DNA of 63,955 bases, the filler included, from Reticulomyxa filosa (lineage: Eukaryota; Protista; Foraminifera): assembly GCA_000512085.1 (NCBI GenBank). It is 24 parts of 24 records of this genome, joined end to end, with 100 filler letters (N's around TTAATTAATTAA, not from the genome) between each part and the next. Parts side by side here need not be neighbours in the genome. Positions count along the whole stretch, not along the records: positions 18,284 to 27,265 come from ASPP01020984.1; positions 27,366 to 30,921 come from ASPP01018735.1; positions 31,022 to 32,163 come from ASPP01035005.1; positions 32,264 to 33,426 come from ASPP01028983.1; positions 33,527 to 34,651 come from ASPP01032898.1; positions 34,752 to 36,350 come from ASPP01011300.1; positions 36,451 to 37,463 come from ASPP01038288.1; positions 37,564 to 38,939 come from ASPP01011901.1; 16 more parts are not named here. One strand, 5' to 3'. Both the position numbers and the translations under genes were made by a program. Each line of letters begins with the position of its first letter. The first letter of the stretch is position 1. Shown in pieces: positions 26,801-39,340 of this stretch. A model generated the notes under the pieces. That model had not been told where the DNA came from, made no database searches, and saw nothing but the letters and a program-made list of their open reading frames with translations.

Positions 26801-27222
26801 GTATAGCAGATATGCGATTTCCGTCAAACATAAGTAAATCCTCGGCCAGTGATTCACGTCATTGCATTGCGACGCGTTCATGTTGATGCACTTCATCAAC
26901 ACACGCAGACACTGCTTCAATGACGCCTCGTCCAAGTGTTCGAACAACCCTTGTCGGAATATGTACTCGATATACGATACCATAGCGTCGTCGGTCGTTT
27001 CGTTGGTCGACTTGTTTGACAGCTTGAATGGCCCACGCAACGAAGTGCTCCGCTGCAACGCCGCACGAGGCCCATTGGGCTGCAGCAATGTCAGCAGCGT
27101 CTTCACTACTATCGATACTTTGTCACCTTCCATTCGCGACAGCTTTATGCTCTCTTGCAGAAACACTGTCATCATTTGGACGCATCCCGTCACTGCAAAT
27201 ATGTTTGGATTCCAACTGCAAA
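19754..27222 (-). CDS. HEATR5: HEAT repeat-containing protein 5 (HEATR5/p200/Laa1/SWEETIE, AP-1 accessory), multi-exon, 5' incomplete
   Basis: CIRLFCKIFP...HKVQLISHFAEVAK...VMRAASQIFG...SGRTLALACIH and DPDAGISGKFLLEQFEAEINAALR match conserved HEATR5B segments. Successive minus-strand ORFs are separated by (TA)n-rich introns. One -1 frameshift near 25185. Confidence 0.85.
25105..25150. repeat. (CCATTA)n hexamer encoding (GN)n in HEATR5
   Basis: Directly visible. Confidence 0.85.
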
Positions 27223-27228
27223 CTAATT

Positions 27229-27265
<37 letters not shown>

Positions 27266-27431
27266 NNNNNNNNNNNNNNNNNNNNNNNNNNNNNNNNNNN
27301 NNNNNNNNNTTAATTAATTAANNNNNNNNNNNNNNNNNNNNNNNNNNNNNNNNNNNNNNNNNNNNGTATATATATATATATTATATATATATATATGTGT
27401 GTGTGTGTACATGTTGGATTTGGTGAAATAG

Positions 27432-28312
27432 CAAATAACAAAGCATACCAAACTAGCAATATGCGCCCTCAAAAAATGACGAATCAATTGACTGACAGAT
27501 ATCGAAAAAACGAGCAGTTACCTTCTTTCGCTCAAACGAAGCGGGACAATGTCCTTCACAGTCAAACCGAGACCACGCCGGACGTGAACACACAGGAGTC
27601 GGAGGATGACAAAGTGTCGAGACGTGGGGTGAGGTTCTCCCCATTGGAAGAGACGTCATCGCAGTCGAAGAAACGCTCAAAGACAAAGGATACGTCGGAG
27701 AAAGGGGTGCCGTATAATGTTCATTCCCAAAACGGCAAAGTGTCACAGACGAGAGCAGACGTGCGTCCTGTAAACAAGAAAAAAGCACAGTCGACCAAAG
27801 CGTCTTTAAAGAGCCATCAAAAGCTAAAGAAAAGAGGAGAGACTGGCGTTGTCAAGGGAAGACACGAGAATGACGAGACGGAATTGAGGAAGAGCAAAAG
27901 GAGAGAGAGGAAGACGAAGAGAACGAACAAATGCAAGGAATACATCCAAAGCTGCCACAACGACAACGATCCAACAGTGGCGACGCGACGACGCTGCGAG
28001 ATCGAGCAGAAACAGAGGCCCCCATAAGTAATGTCAGAAGCAAGCATCATCACAGTGACAACAATCACAATAACGAGTTCCATTCGAACAAACACGAAAA
28101 GACCAAAACGACCGGGACAAATGACAACAAAGACGTGATCCACGAAACCCAAAAGACCACGGTCGTGAGTGAAGCAAAGCGAGCGAGTGCGTCGCTTCGT
28201 CCAAGACGATTGAGTGCGGGGGATATTACAGAAATAAAGAATGCAAATGACTCATTACATGAAAAAGAAAAGAATCGCAATGACAATAATAATAATAATA
28301 ATAACAATAATG

Positions 28313-28374
<62 letters not shown>

Positions 28375-30921
28375 AAAATAAAGAAAAAGAAAAAAGGCAA
28401 GAAATCATTTTTCAAAAAGCTATTTTATGGATTTGTGAAATCATCCGAGCCTGAGAAGAGCGACACTGCCCAAGCATCGCATCACGATACACCCGAAGGA
28501 ATAGGAATAGGAATAGGCCACAAGGCCATAGTGTCTGTCGAAAACGAGGTGTTGCTGGGGCGTGAGAACGTGCCGATAACAGTGCCGCTGTCAGGCTTTT
28601 CAAGTCCCGTGGACACAGTCAGTTTGAAAAAAGGGACAGGAGCAGGAACAGGGCCGGACAGTGTAGAGTATGATCAACAGATGATGGTGACAAACGACGA
28701 CAACGGCGAAGACATGAACGAAAGTGACACAGCCTCATATACACGCAGCAGTTGGAGAGACGAAATGAAAGAGTCGCACTTGTCAATGGACAAAACGCGG
28801 CAGTATTCGAACATGACATCGTCGTTCATTGGCGGAGAGTTGTCTAATGCGCTCCGACGCACATTGGCACAACACAATCGCAAAGCGATATTCCTCGACA
28901 CGGCCATGGGTATGTTGCCCAACGCGTTGTTGAGCGAATTGCTGTTTGTGTTTGAGCAGCAAAAGTATCCGTGGATATTGGAGAACACGCAATTTTCATT
29001 TGGATCAAGTGGCAGTAATGACAACAGTCACATGAAATGGTTTTTCGATGATCTGAGCATCCAAGTGTTCCGAGCGCAGGTGATCAACTGCAATCACAGT
29101 GAGTTCTTCCCAAGTCCGAAACAGCTGCTATTTCCACAGATTTTGTCGTCGCTGCCATTGCCGATTACAGCCGCGCAGCAAAAGTTACAGTCGCATGTCG
29201 TTTCCGCGCGCAGGACTTTGTGTGTTCGGACTCGGACAAGAGCAAAACCAAAGGGCCGACGACTGAAGGCAAGTCGGGTGATAAAAAGAGCAGCACGTCG
29301 AATAGCACGGGATATTGGATGCATCGCATGGGCATCGACGACGACAAGAAAGACGAGGACGCATCGACGTTGTGGATCGAAGACTATATCATCGACTTTC
29401 AAACAGTGTTCGTCGAGTTCACGTTCGAAACGACGACTCGTCAGTTGGTGGATAGCGTCCTCAACACCATGTCCAAGGCCACGCAGCGAGGCGTGGATCG
29501 CAACAAGCTGTACTTGAAGGTGTGTGGACGTGACGAGTACCTGTGGTATCACGAAAACGAACGTGTCATCTCGTCCACGTATGTTCGCCACTTGATCCGC
29601 AACGACGAAGTCCAGACGTCGCTGCGCTTCGTGCTCCTGCACGTCGTCGACATTGATGAAAAGTGGAAGGAAATGCAACAGCATATTGAGGCATGCAAGC
29701 AATACTTTACTTCCAACAACTGCTATCCTGATTACTTGATCGACGTCAAGGCCCGTCGACAATTTGTCCCGTTTGAACACGAAGGCTACTCGTCCATTAT
29801 CTCGCCCTTGGCACAAAGTCATGCCAACAAAGATAACTACACTGTCCATTTATGGCACTTTGTGGAAAATGAGTGCGAGTGGTATTTGCAAAGCATTCCT
29901 TCTATTGTTGAGCTGCAACAACAACAACAACAACAACAACAAGATTCTTCAAAAAAAGGCAATGCTAGAAAAAATACACGCAATGCTCACAAAAAACATC
30001 ATCAATTTCAATTCGCTCGAAGACGCACCAAACATGGCTGCAATCCAATGTTCCCGCGAACCACCAGTCTCGTCGATATCGAGTTTGATACCAACGAATT
30101 CGAAGACACTCAGTCGGCGACTGTGGCCACGATCACGACGATAACCAAGTCCCAACACGGCGAGGAGTCACTCTCGCCTGTGTCACTTCAAAGTAACCAA
30201 GGACAGAACCCCTTTTCCCCCGACAGTCGCAGCACCAACAAAACCAGTCCCAATGATATCCTGTTAGGGCGTCAAGGATATGCCAACAATGGCAAACTGC
30301 GTCGCTTGCCTTCCTTTCCTTTGGCAGATGATGGAGACACGGTCGAAATCGACTGGGAAGACATTGACCAAAACCACATCCGTTTGGAAGAATTTGCTCA
30401 GCCTTTAGAAATCAAAGTTTAAATACATAATGCATTGATAAATATATGCACATTCACATACATATACATATACTATATATATATATATATATTATTAAAG
30501 ATAAACAAGCTTCGCAATATTCATCAATGCTCGCGTTTTCGTAAAAACTTTAATTACTTGGTATTGCGCGTGGAGTTGTTCGCCGGCAACGCGAGGTACG
30601 AGGAGGTGGCTTGGGACATTCGCATTCCGAATAACGCCATCTCGGAAAGTATTGTCATTCCCATTGACGTGTCAGCGTTTTCGACTTTGAGCGCCGAGCT
30701 GTGTTACTCAGAATTCCCTGTGGAGGCTTGCTGGTGCTTTACCGTGTATGGCATCGAAGAGCGGACTCACAAAAACAAGGAAGAGAAGCCTAAGCCAAAA
30801 ACTAAGCCTCAAATGCTGAGCGGGATAAAATCGCCGCCTTCGACGACAACTACTGCAAACAACGCGAATGCGAATAACAACAACAATAACAATAGCAATA
30901 ATAATAATAATAATAATAATA
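27432..30921 (+). CDS. Class I-like phosphoinositide 3-kinase, N-terminal half (long low-complexity leader, Ras-binding domain, C2 domain), 3' truncated
   Basis: TTTRQLVDSVL...LYLKVCGRDEYL...YVRHLIR (PI3K Ras-binding domain, about 29430-29640) and PLEIK|INKL...LRVELFAG...CYSEFPVEACWCFTVYG (PI3K-type C2, about 30400-30755, intron about 30417-30500). -1 frameshifts near 27930 and 29110. The kinase domain is not on this contig. Confidence 0.75.
28285..28371. repeat. (AAT)n microsatellite encoding poly-Asn
   Basis: Directly visible. Confidence 0.9.
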
Positions 30922-31510
30922 NNNNNNNNNNNNNNNNNNNNNNNNNNNNNNNNNNNNNNNNNNNNTTAATTAATTAANNNNNNNNNNNNNNNNNNNNNNN
31001 NNNNNNNNNNNNNNNNNNNNNATGAAACATCAGTTGAAACAAATACAAATATTAGAAACTGTTCACTATTGACTGATGATTATTAGGTATACTTAATGAT
31101 AAATTTGGTTCATTACTTGACAAACCTTTTAAATTAATGCTATTGAAAAGTTTCTCCAAATTCGTCATTATTCGAAGTTTCTGCTTCATTTCATCACCTT
31201 GTGTTATCATTATTTAGGACTTGTTTCAAGAACATAACACTTTGTTTATCATCATAGTTGTGATCATATGATACTTCAAGTTCTGTTAAACTATCAGTAC
31301 AATTAGTGTTGGTGTTGTTAATTTCATTGAAAGTATTAGATAATTTTGCTTCTATTTTGTTGGATCATTACCTTCAGTTGTACAATATCAGCATTTTCTA
31401 CATATTGAACAATAAGCTGTTGCATTAGATGTTGATATAGCGGTAAGTTGATACCATATGATGTAAAAGATGATAAACAAAGTATTTTCGATCATTATAA
31501 TTACGTATGA

Positions 31511-32163
31511 TCACATCAAATACCATATAGCCTACATTACAAACCAAACGAAGATTTTCAACATTTACGCCGCTTTTATCAAATTGGACTTGATAGATCA
31601 CTGTCTTGTCCAGTCTGCGATCAGACTACCAACTTCAAGATGGATGCATACCTGCATAACCACGTCAATGCAAATCTCTCCAATGACCCCAACAAATCAA
31701 TTCCTTCGAGTTACTTCTCCACATATGGCAGGACAAGTTGTCACCGCTGCCGACAAACACTCACCAAAAGACTGTCACTGAATGGCATGCATGCGAAATG
31801 CATGCACGCAGAAAACATCAAACCGATTCGACCACAACCATCGCCTCCCCGGAAGCCAAGACTGACTCGAACGCAACGGAATCAAACAATCACAACATCT
31901 CACTGGAATGGTCATTCCTCCAAACTCGAGGAGATAGCCATACATCCAACCAAAATTGTAGCAAGAGTGTCCTTGCCAATCAGAAACCTATTCGCTTCCA
32001 TCACTGGTCACGCGCTTGCCGAAATAGCGCATAAGAACACCATTGATGCTTGGTCCAAATGGATGTTCTTGATTAGGACGATCCTATGGGACCCGGGAAG
32101 AGGAGGGAAATCACACGCCGGAACCAAGTCCAAAATTATCTCCAACCGAATAAAATTATGGAG
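31511..32163 (+). mobile_element. 5' part of a CRE-clade (CRE/SLACS/Cnl1-like) non-LTR retrotransposon ORF, truncated by contig end
   Basis: Frame open from 31511. Contains CPVC-x12-HNH zinc finger, IP...CHRC, and the pre-RT helical block LEEI...TKIVARV...FA...AWSKW..LIRTILWDPGRGGK...ISNRIKLW typical of CRE-clade elements. Intron-free and more GC-rich than its flank. RT itself is not visible. Confidence 0.65.
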
Positions 32164-32327
32164 NNNNNNNNNNNNNNNNNNNNNNNNNNNNNNNNNNNNN
32201 NNNNNNNTTAATTAATTAANNNNNNNNNNNNNNNNNNNNNNNNNNNNNNNNNNNNNNNNNNNNTGTTAATAGGTACTATTGTTGGAGTTTGTGTTGTGTG
32301 GACCAGATAATATAACTAAATTAATTT

Positions 32328-32624
32328 GTGCATGATGAATTCTTCCGTCGTATCTCCAAACACTTGCAAGAAAGACAAGTGCTCGAACATAAAGATGACG
32401 AACATCAACTCGATTTTGATTTGTCTTTTGAATTAGATAATCTTTCTTTTGATAATCTTGGTCCTGGTTTGTCGTCTGATTTTCTTCTTTCTCCTACTAC
32501 TTCCAATTCACAACAAAGTATTACTGATAATGACAATGATACTGCTACTATCGCTGATCTATCAGACAAAACCTCCATTGAACAGTTGGCCACCGAACTA
32601 ATTGAAGTCGTCACTGATCGATGA
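32328..32624 (+). CDS. Hypothetical acidic protein fragment (possibly pseudogene)
   Basis: 98-codon ORF with codon-like composition, followed by stop-interrupted coding-like sequence. No motif recognised. Confidence 0.3.
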   Translation: MHDEFFRRISKHLQERQVLEHKDDEHQLDFDLSFELDNLSFDNLGPGLSSDFLLSPTTSNSQQSITDNDNDTATIADLSDKTSIEQLATELIEVVTDR

Positions 32625-33526
32625 TCCTATCGGGAAGTATTCCGACACTCCTCTGGTGTCTTGTGCCAAGAATTAAAAGATAACTCTCTCTTACTTACAA
32701 TTCATTGCCACACAAGATAACATTTTGCAAAGGCTAATGCGGCCTTTGACTGAAAATTTATATGACACTTTAATTGTTAAGTTTTATTATTATTATTATT
32801 ATTATATGTATTACAATATCTTTTTTATCACAACGAGGAAATATAAATATCTACATTGAACTTGTGAACAGCTTCGCAATATATTACAAGTGGTCAAACA
32901 CTTGTTGCAACACAAAGAATCCCACAGTATCGACTTATGATAATTTTACCAATAATATTCATGTCTTACGACAAATGTGGGCCGAAGGGGCACATCATCA
33001 ATCCATTAACGTATGCGTTTCCTCTCATCTCAATACCATAAGACACTTTTTAACAAGGAAATAAAATAGATTGAACAAAAAAAAACAAATAACATTATTC
33101 AATAAAAAAAAAAATAGATGAGATTTGGGAAATCACAACAAGTTGAAAGAGTATGCAGTGAATGTTTGAAGCTATTAGAAATTAGATAAAATAAAACAAA
33201 AATAGAGTGACAGTCTTTTTGTCTATCTTTTTTGACTGTGGATGGACTTTTATTTTGTTGTCATTTTCTCGAGGGTTTATCCATCCACAAATGATTTTTT
33301 TTTTTTGTGTGTTAAATGTTTCACATGCTGTCTTTTTCTTTTTATGAATATTCCAAAAAAGAGAGGCACAAGATTTTTGTTATAACTTTTTGATTTCAGA
33401 AACTTATAATTTTTGTGTTTTGACATNNNNNNNNNNNNNNNNNNNNNNNNNNNNNNNNNNNNNNNNNNNNTTAATTAATTAANNNNNNNNNNNNNNNNNN
33501 NNNNNNNNNNNNNNNNNNNNNNNNNN

Positions 33527-33705
33527 AATATTCACCATTTGTAATAAAGAGTGCGATGAAATTGTTGGTGATAATTTAAATGTGATATATTTTGAGCACT
33601 TAATTTGATTTTATGATATTCGATCAAGATGACGAAGAATATTATGGAATAATATGTTTTAAATTTTTACAATTAAGAAAGAATGAAAAGGCAATGATGA
33701 CATTG
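33527..33705 (+). pseudogene. Decayed 3' end of a WD40-family gene
   Basis: Reads (with frameshifts) YSPFVIKS/DEIVGDNLNVI...FYDIRS/DDEEYYGIICFKFLQLRK, versus EYSSFLIRHSDGFVGSNVICSG...FWDIRS...DNGIICLKFISFKK in the intact paralogue at 9575-9760. Confidence 0.7.
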
Positions 33706-33709
33706 GTTC

Positions 33710-34651
33710 AGTTTCGTCAATTTTGAGTGATTCCATTTGACAATTCACTCATTGCAAAGCCATTTGTTCAAATGTTGTATCTCTTGGTAATCCAATGAAA
33801 CTATTCATTAAATATATGGTTTGTTGTTTTAATATCCATCTTTGAGTTTTTATTTTTTATTGTTATCGTTTTTACTTTATCCAAAGAAGAAGAGACTCAA
33901 ATGATTATTTAATTTTAAATTAGGATAGATCCAAAATTTTGACAGATTCGTTGTCAATTATGTTAGTTCATTTGTTTTTTCTTTCATGTAGCACCAATTC
34001 AAACATTTAAATGTTTATTTAACATAGGCATCTACTGTTTTCATGTTTGATTCATTTCTTTATTTGCCGACAATTGCAAAAAATAGACGTCATTATCTTG
34101 GAAAATAAATATTGCAAATACCATAATTATTATTAACATTTGCTTTGAGAAAGGGTGTATTCCATACAATAGTAAAATCAATAACAATAAGTTTAAATTT
34201 AATTTTATAGAATGAATATACAAGACATAGAGTTCCTTTATTAAACACCATTCCTGCTGTTATCATTACTTTTAAAAAATACACATTTTAAAAAAATATG
34301 CCAACCTTTACGTTTGATAAAATAATGAATGTTCCTCGTTTAAAGTGAACATCCAAATAAACAAAAAACAAATAAACAATAATTTTGAACTGAATGATTT
34401 CAGACATATTATTGGTTCGATCAATAAAAATAAATCAATCAAAATTAATTCTTTTCCTAATGTTACCACATTCAGTACATTTTCACTTCACTCTTAAACA
34501 ATCTTCACCTGGAGATACTGTTTCAAAAAACAATTCAACATCTTCTTCATTCAAACATTGTACAGCTGGATTGTATTTGTCTTGTTCTAATCGTATTTGT
34601 ATCTTCCATTTGTTTAATTCATCTTCAATACTCTTCTTTTTTGGAGATTCA
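33710..34651 (-). pseudogene. Degenerate remnant of an unknown multicopy family (same family as 9887-10430)
   Basis: ESPKKKSIEDELNKWKIQIRLEQDKYNPAVQCLNEEDVELFFETVSPGEDCL, followed by stops and frameshifts. Nucleotide similarity to 10265-10425. Confidence 0.55.
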
Positions 34652-35289
34652 NNNNNNNNNNNNNNNNNNNNNNNNNNNNNNNNNNNNNNNNNNNNTTAAT
34701 TAATTAANNNNNNNNNNNNNNNNNNNNNNNNNNNNNNNNNNNNNNNNNNNNGTTATACCTCTTTGAACGGGAGGATATATTCAAATTAAATAATTTTTTA
34801 AATATAAATAATTTAAAATATTTTAATTATTTTATTTTTATCTAAATGGACTTGCATAAAAAAATAAACATCTTAGTCACTTGTACCCGAAAGGGTATAA
34901 AGCATTCTGATGGTATTTAAAATAATTTATATAACTTTATTATTTTGTATTTTATATTTTATTTTTTTATTTATATTTATATATTTATATACTTATATAT
35001 ATATATTTATGTTTATTTTTTTCAATTCAAAAATCTTTTTTTTTGTTTGACTTTCATATCGATTTGTTTTGTTTGCTTGATTTAGTGTCGAATTGTTTGT
35101 GCTTGTGATTATTTGTGCATGTTTTCTTTTTGCACAAATCTTTATCTTAATTTTTTTTATCTTATCGACTTTTTCTCATCGTGAAAAACTTTAGCACTTC
35201 GCAATATAACTTATATTTTCTTTTAAAAATGGAAAGATTTGATTGACATTATAACATATTTTTTCAAAGATTTACAATTAAAAAAATTC

Positions 35290-36350
35290 TCAATCTGATC
35301 TTTTTTGTATCACAAAAAAACAAAAAAAACAAACTTTGATTGCTGTTCGATGTCCAAGTAATGTTTTAATGATTGATGAAATAGAATTTGATCTGATATA
35401 GTCATTGCTTCTGGCTTGTTCAAAGGTACCATCAAAACTCCAAATATCATCCCAATTCATTTCATTTAATTCCATTCTTTTTTCTTCATCCCATTCTTTC
35501 AATTGTTTGTTCAATACTTCCATTCCTATATTTCTGCTTTTCCATTCTTGTGGGATCTTAGAATTCTTTTTAATTCTTTCCATTTCATCACAATGTCTCT
35601 CCTTTTCAATTGGGATCACATATGGTCTTTCAAATTTAATTCTTGTGGTCACTTTTTTTAATAATTCTGCTTTTCGTTTCGCTCTTATCGTTATTTCTTT
35701 CAGTCTTATGATCTCTTTCTTTAATTCATAAGTTTTTAGCATTTTCAATAATTCAGATTTTTCAAATAGTTGCTCTACATTCACACTCATATGAGTGCTC
35801 TGCATTTGATAATTTGCATTTCCACCAATGACATGAATATTTGTATAATCACCATTCAAAATTGCAAAAGATGAACGAATTTTCATTGGCAGTGTAATTT
35901 TACATTCATTCCATGTTTTATCTTTCATTGAATACTTATACACAAGTTTTGTTTTTCTCCATTCACTATCTGCTCCTCCAAATAAAAATATATAATCGTA
36001 AACATATACAAATGAATACATATTGAAATCATCCAAAGAATGACAAATTGGTAATTTTTCATAGCCAAATGTTTTATCTTGTTCATCATATTTTATCAAT
36101 AATCCTGTGTTATAACAAAACAATATAAAATGATTAATCATCTTCTCATTATTCATTGTCAATGGCACAAAACAATGATATTGAATTCCAAATTTGTATT
36201 TTTCTTTTGGTATTATACCATTTTTTATTCTATTCAATGATTTCATTGTTTTCAAATCAATTACTTCAATGTTTTGTGAAAGATATGTGATAAACAACAA
36301 ATCATTATTTTTTCCACCAATCAATCCACGCACTCCTTTTAAACAATCTT
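35290..36350 (-). CDS. Kelch-like beta-propeller protein (5' truncated) with coiled coil and possible SAM-like segment
   Basis: RGLIGGKNNDLLFITY, IQYHCFV, IFLFGG...VYKYSMKDKTW and IHVIGG are homologous to 2241-3300. Confidence 0.8.
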
Positions 36351-37636
36351 NNNNNNNNNNNNNNNNNNNNNNNNNNNNNNNNNNNNNNNNNNNNTTAATT
36401 AATTAANNNNNNNNNNNNNNNNNNNNNNNNNNNNNNNNNNNNNNNNNNNNAAGAAGATACTCTGAGCATTATCTTTACGAATGTCCGGAACAGCGGCAGT
36501 AGTAGTCAATTCTACACTTTTTTTTTATTTAATACCATGCAGTGCGTACAATCAATCATTCGAATCAATGACAGACTTGTGTAATATGATAATATAGCTC
36601 ACAAAATATTATATCAATTAGTTTGTCTATTGGCGCAATGGAAGCGGTCGTGCTTATCATTGACATGTATGGAATAGCAAATGATGTGTTCATTGTTTGC
36701 CTCTTCTGTCTTGTTGTTCAAATATGGAGCCACAAGAGAAGACATCAATCCAAAAGATCTTTTCCAAATGGAACCTTGATTAAAGTAAAAGACTTAGATA
36801 TTAAAAACAACTTTTCGGAGGCATTGTCGGCATATAACACGTATAACTATACTGTAATCATATCGAATTCATAAGTGGAATATCTTTAATGAACAACTTT
36901 TCATATTCCATTGCAGAGCGTATCTTAGGTGTTGTCCAAGCATTGAACTCCGCAAGATTTTTAATGGTGTAATGGGAGCATTGAGCGTTTTATCTTTAAC
37001 AACAAATGGTATAGATGCTGTTTGCAGACACTTGTGTATATTCCACAATATCGCTACTCAAATTTGCTTGCTCGCCAAATTTGTATCGCCACAGGCAACC
37101 AAATACCAAACGTGACCGACCAACTTATTATAATAAGGCTTCCAATTTATCGATGTCCTCATCGTCGGGTAAGTGTGTTACCGGGGCAAAGACACTGCCG
37201 GAATACTATTTGGATGCAATTGCACGTAGCAACGTCCGACAAACAGAGATATCGAAATCAGGCTCAGCAATTTTTGGAGCCTCTAAACAAATTTGCCAAT
37301 TTATCTCGGGAGCAAGTCAAAATTACATCATCGTCACATCGAGAATGAAGGAGATAACGTGAATCCATATCTATCAACAGAGCGTGTCGTTATCCAATTT
37401 GGTCTTCTCTTGGTACTTGTCACAATTACATCTCAAAAGTGTATTTTGTGATAAGATTACACANNNNNNNNNNNNNNNNNNNNNNNNNNNNNNNNNNNNN
37501 NNNNNNNTTAATTAATTAANNNNNNNNNNNNNNNNNNNNNNNNNNNNNNNNNNNNNNNNNNNNGTATACGTACGTAAGAAAAACGAAAACGTAAGGTTTA
37601 AAACGGGGGGGGGGGGGGAACGAGGAAAAAAACAGT

Positions 37637-38382
37637 TTTACCAATGGCATCGTCGCTTGTCGACGGAAGAAGGGATGGAACTACTGGCCTGCGGACTGCG
37701 ATTGATGAGGCTGCTGCGTAACGAAGGCGTGACCCACAACGACATTAAGCCGGAAAACATTTTTGTGCACTTGGCAGAGTGGACGCAAAGTTGTGCTAAT
37801 GATCGTCGTGATCGTGACGTGACTATTGGCAAGTTTGTGTTTGCCGATTTTGGATGCGCCGCGTTTATTGACAAAGAGTTCCCCTTTGGAAACATTTGCG
37901 GAACTTTGACCTTGTGGGATCCAGAGTCACTGGGCTGCAAATACGGCCAAGAACACGGCTTTTCGTTGAGCGTGCACAACAAAAATAATATCCAATGGCC
38001 AAACTCCAATACTTGATGAATAATTGCTTGTTGTTGTCTACATCCAATGATTTATAGATATGAAAACGACTTTTTCGGCATTTTGGGAAGTCTGTGCGAT
38101 GGCGTTCTTGGCTATAGCATAATCGAGAGATTGCTCGAAAAAGAAGATCCCGGCTACGATGATCGCGGCTGGGAACAGTACACACAACTCATTCGCAAAT
38201 GTCGCAAACAAATCACCAAACAATTACTCGTCACCAAGTTGAAAGAGGTCGGATGTGATGATGAACTCTTGCTACATTTCATCTTGCAATTGACTGTGCC
38301 AAGGGAAAATCGCATCACTGATAAGGACGCCGAAATGCTTTTGGCAAAACACAAAGGCATTTCTTGTCTTCCTCTTACTTGA
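37637..38382 (+). CDS. Ser/Thr-type protein kinase, C-lobe (5' truncated), non-RD
   Basis: VTHNDIKPENI (VIb), ADFG (VII) and GTLTLWDPE (VIII). Intron 37965-38057 gives GFSYENDFFGI (IX). PRENRIT (XI). Confidence 0.85.
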
Positions 38383-39039
38383 GATTTTGCATCTTTTTTT
38401 TTTTATAATGTTATGCTTCGTCTTCAAAATTTTTTCGCAAGGTTGGCTGCACAACATATTTATAGGGTGGTGATGGTAAGGGCTGAAAAAATTGTAAAGA
38501 TTCCAAGTGCACTTTCTTTTTGTTTCGTATTTTTTAAACACTTATTTAACACTTATTTTTTCGCTGTGTTTTTCCAAACACGTTACAAAAGTGATTTCAT
38601 CTCCCTGCTTTCTCATTGTCGTGCATATTCTTGGACTGATTAAGCACGAATTAGCTTCTCTCAAGCTTTTGAAATTTTGACAAGTTTTTGAACGCAAGTA
38701 TGGTACGCTCATTCTTTTAAAAAAATATATAAAAAGTGTAGCGGATGTGCTGGGAAAATATAATTACTTTTCAGACATTATATTATCGTTTGGAAATATG
38801 ACCAATTGTTGCCTAAGTCAAGGGCATTCTATTTTTATACTTTTTTTTTTCTTATTCGTCGCAATGTACATGCTACTGAAAATAATTAAACATTTATACC
38901 GTTTTTATCTTACATACATGACACTTCTTTTTTCTTTTTNNNNNNNNNNNNNNNNNNNNNNNNNNNNNNNNNNNNNNNNNNNNTTAATTAATTAANNNNN
39001 NNNNNNNNNNNNNNNNNNNNNNNNNNNNNNNNNNNNNNN

Positions 39040-39340
39040 GATAAATAACAAATGATTGTTGCTTCCACCAATCACTGCACGTATTTCAATATAAGTACCA
39101 TACCCTCTTCCAATGATAATTGGATGATTGTTATTGTTTATGAAGGAATCCATTCATTGTAATTGTTTGATTTCATTTCATTGTCATTATCACTATTCCA
39201 AACACTTATATATTTCATCACCAATGTATGTTCGTTGTCTCTATACCAATCAAATCCAAAAGACAACAAAGTGACTTCATTTCTGTCTTTGTTGTTATTG
39301 TTATTATCTTCCAGTTTCACTACACCATGATAGAAATGTT
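39040..39340 (-). pseudogene. Kelch-like family fragment, 5' deleted and frameshifted
   Basis: HGVVKL...VTLLSFG...HTLVMKYISVW...YNEWIPS* / NNHPIIIG...RAVIGGSNNHLLFI matches the 2241 gene. Internal stop/frameshift. Confidence 0.75.

Noticed and set aside
36451-37463. Coding-like fragments, possibly a decayed membrane transporter gene
   Set aside because: Short broken ORFs with no diagnostic motif, so no family can be supported.
37965-38057. In-frame TGA TGA within the kinase, suggesting stop-codon reassignment
   Set aside because: A 93-nt GT-AG intron removes them and restores subdomain IX.
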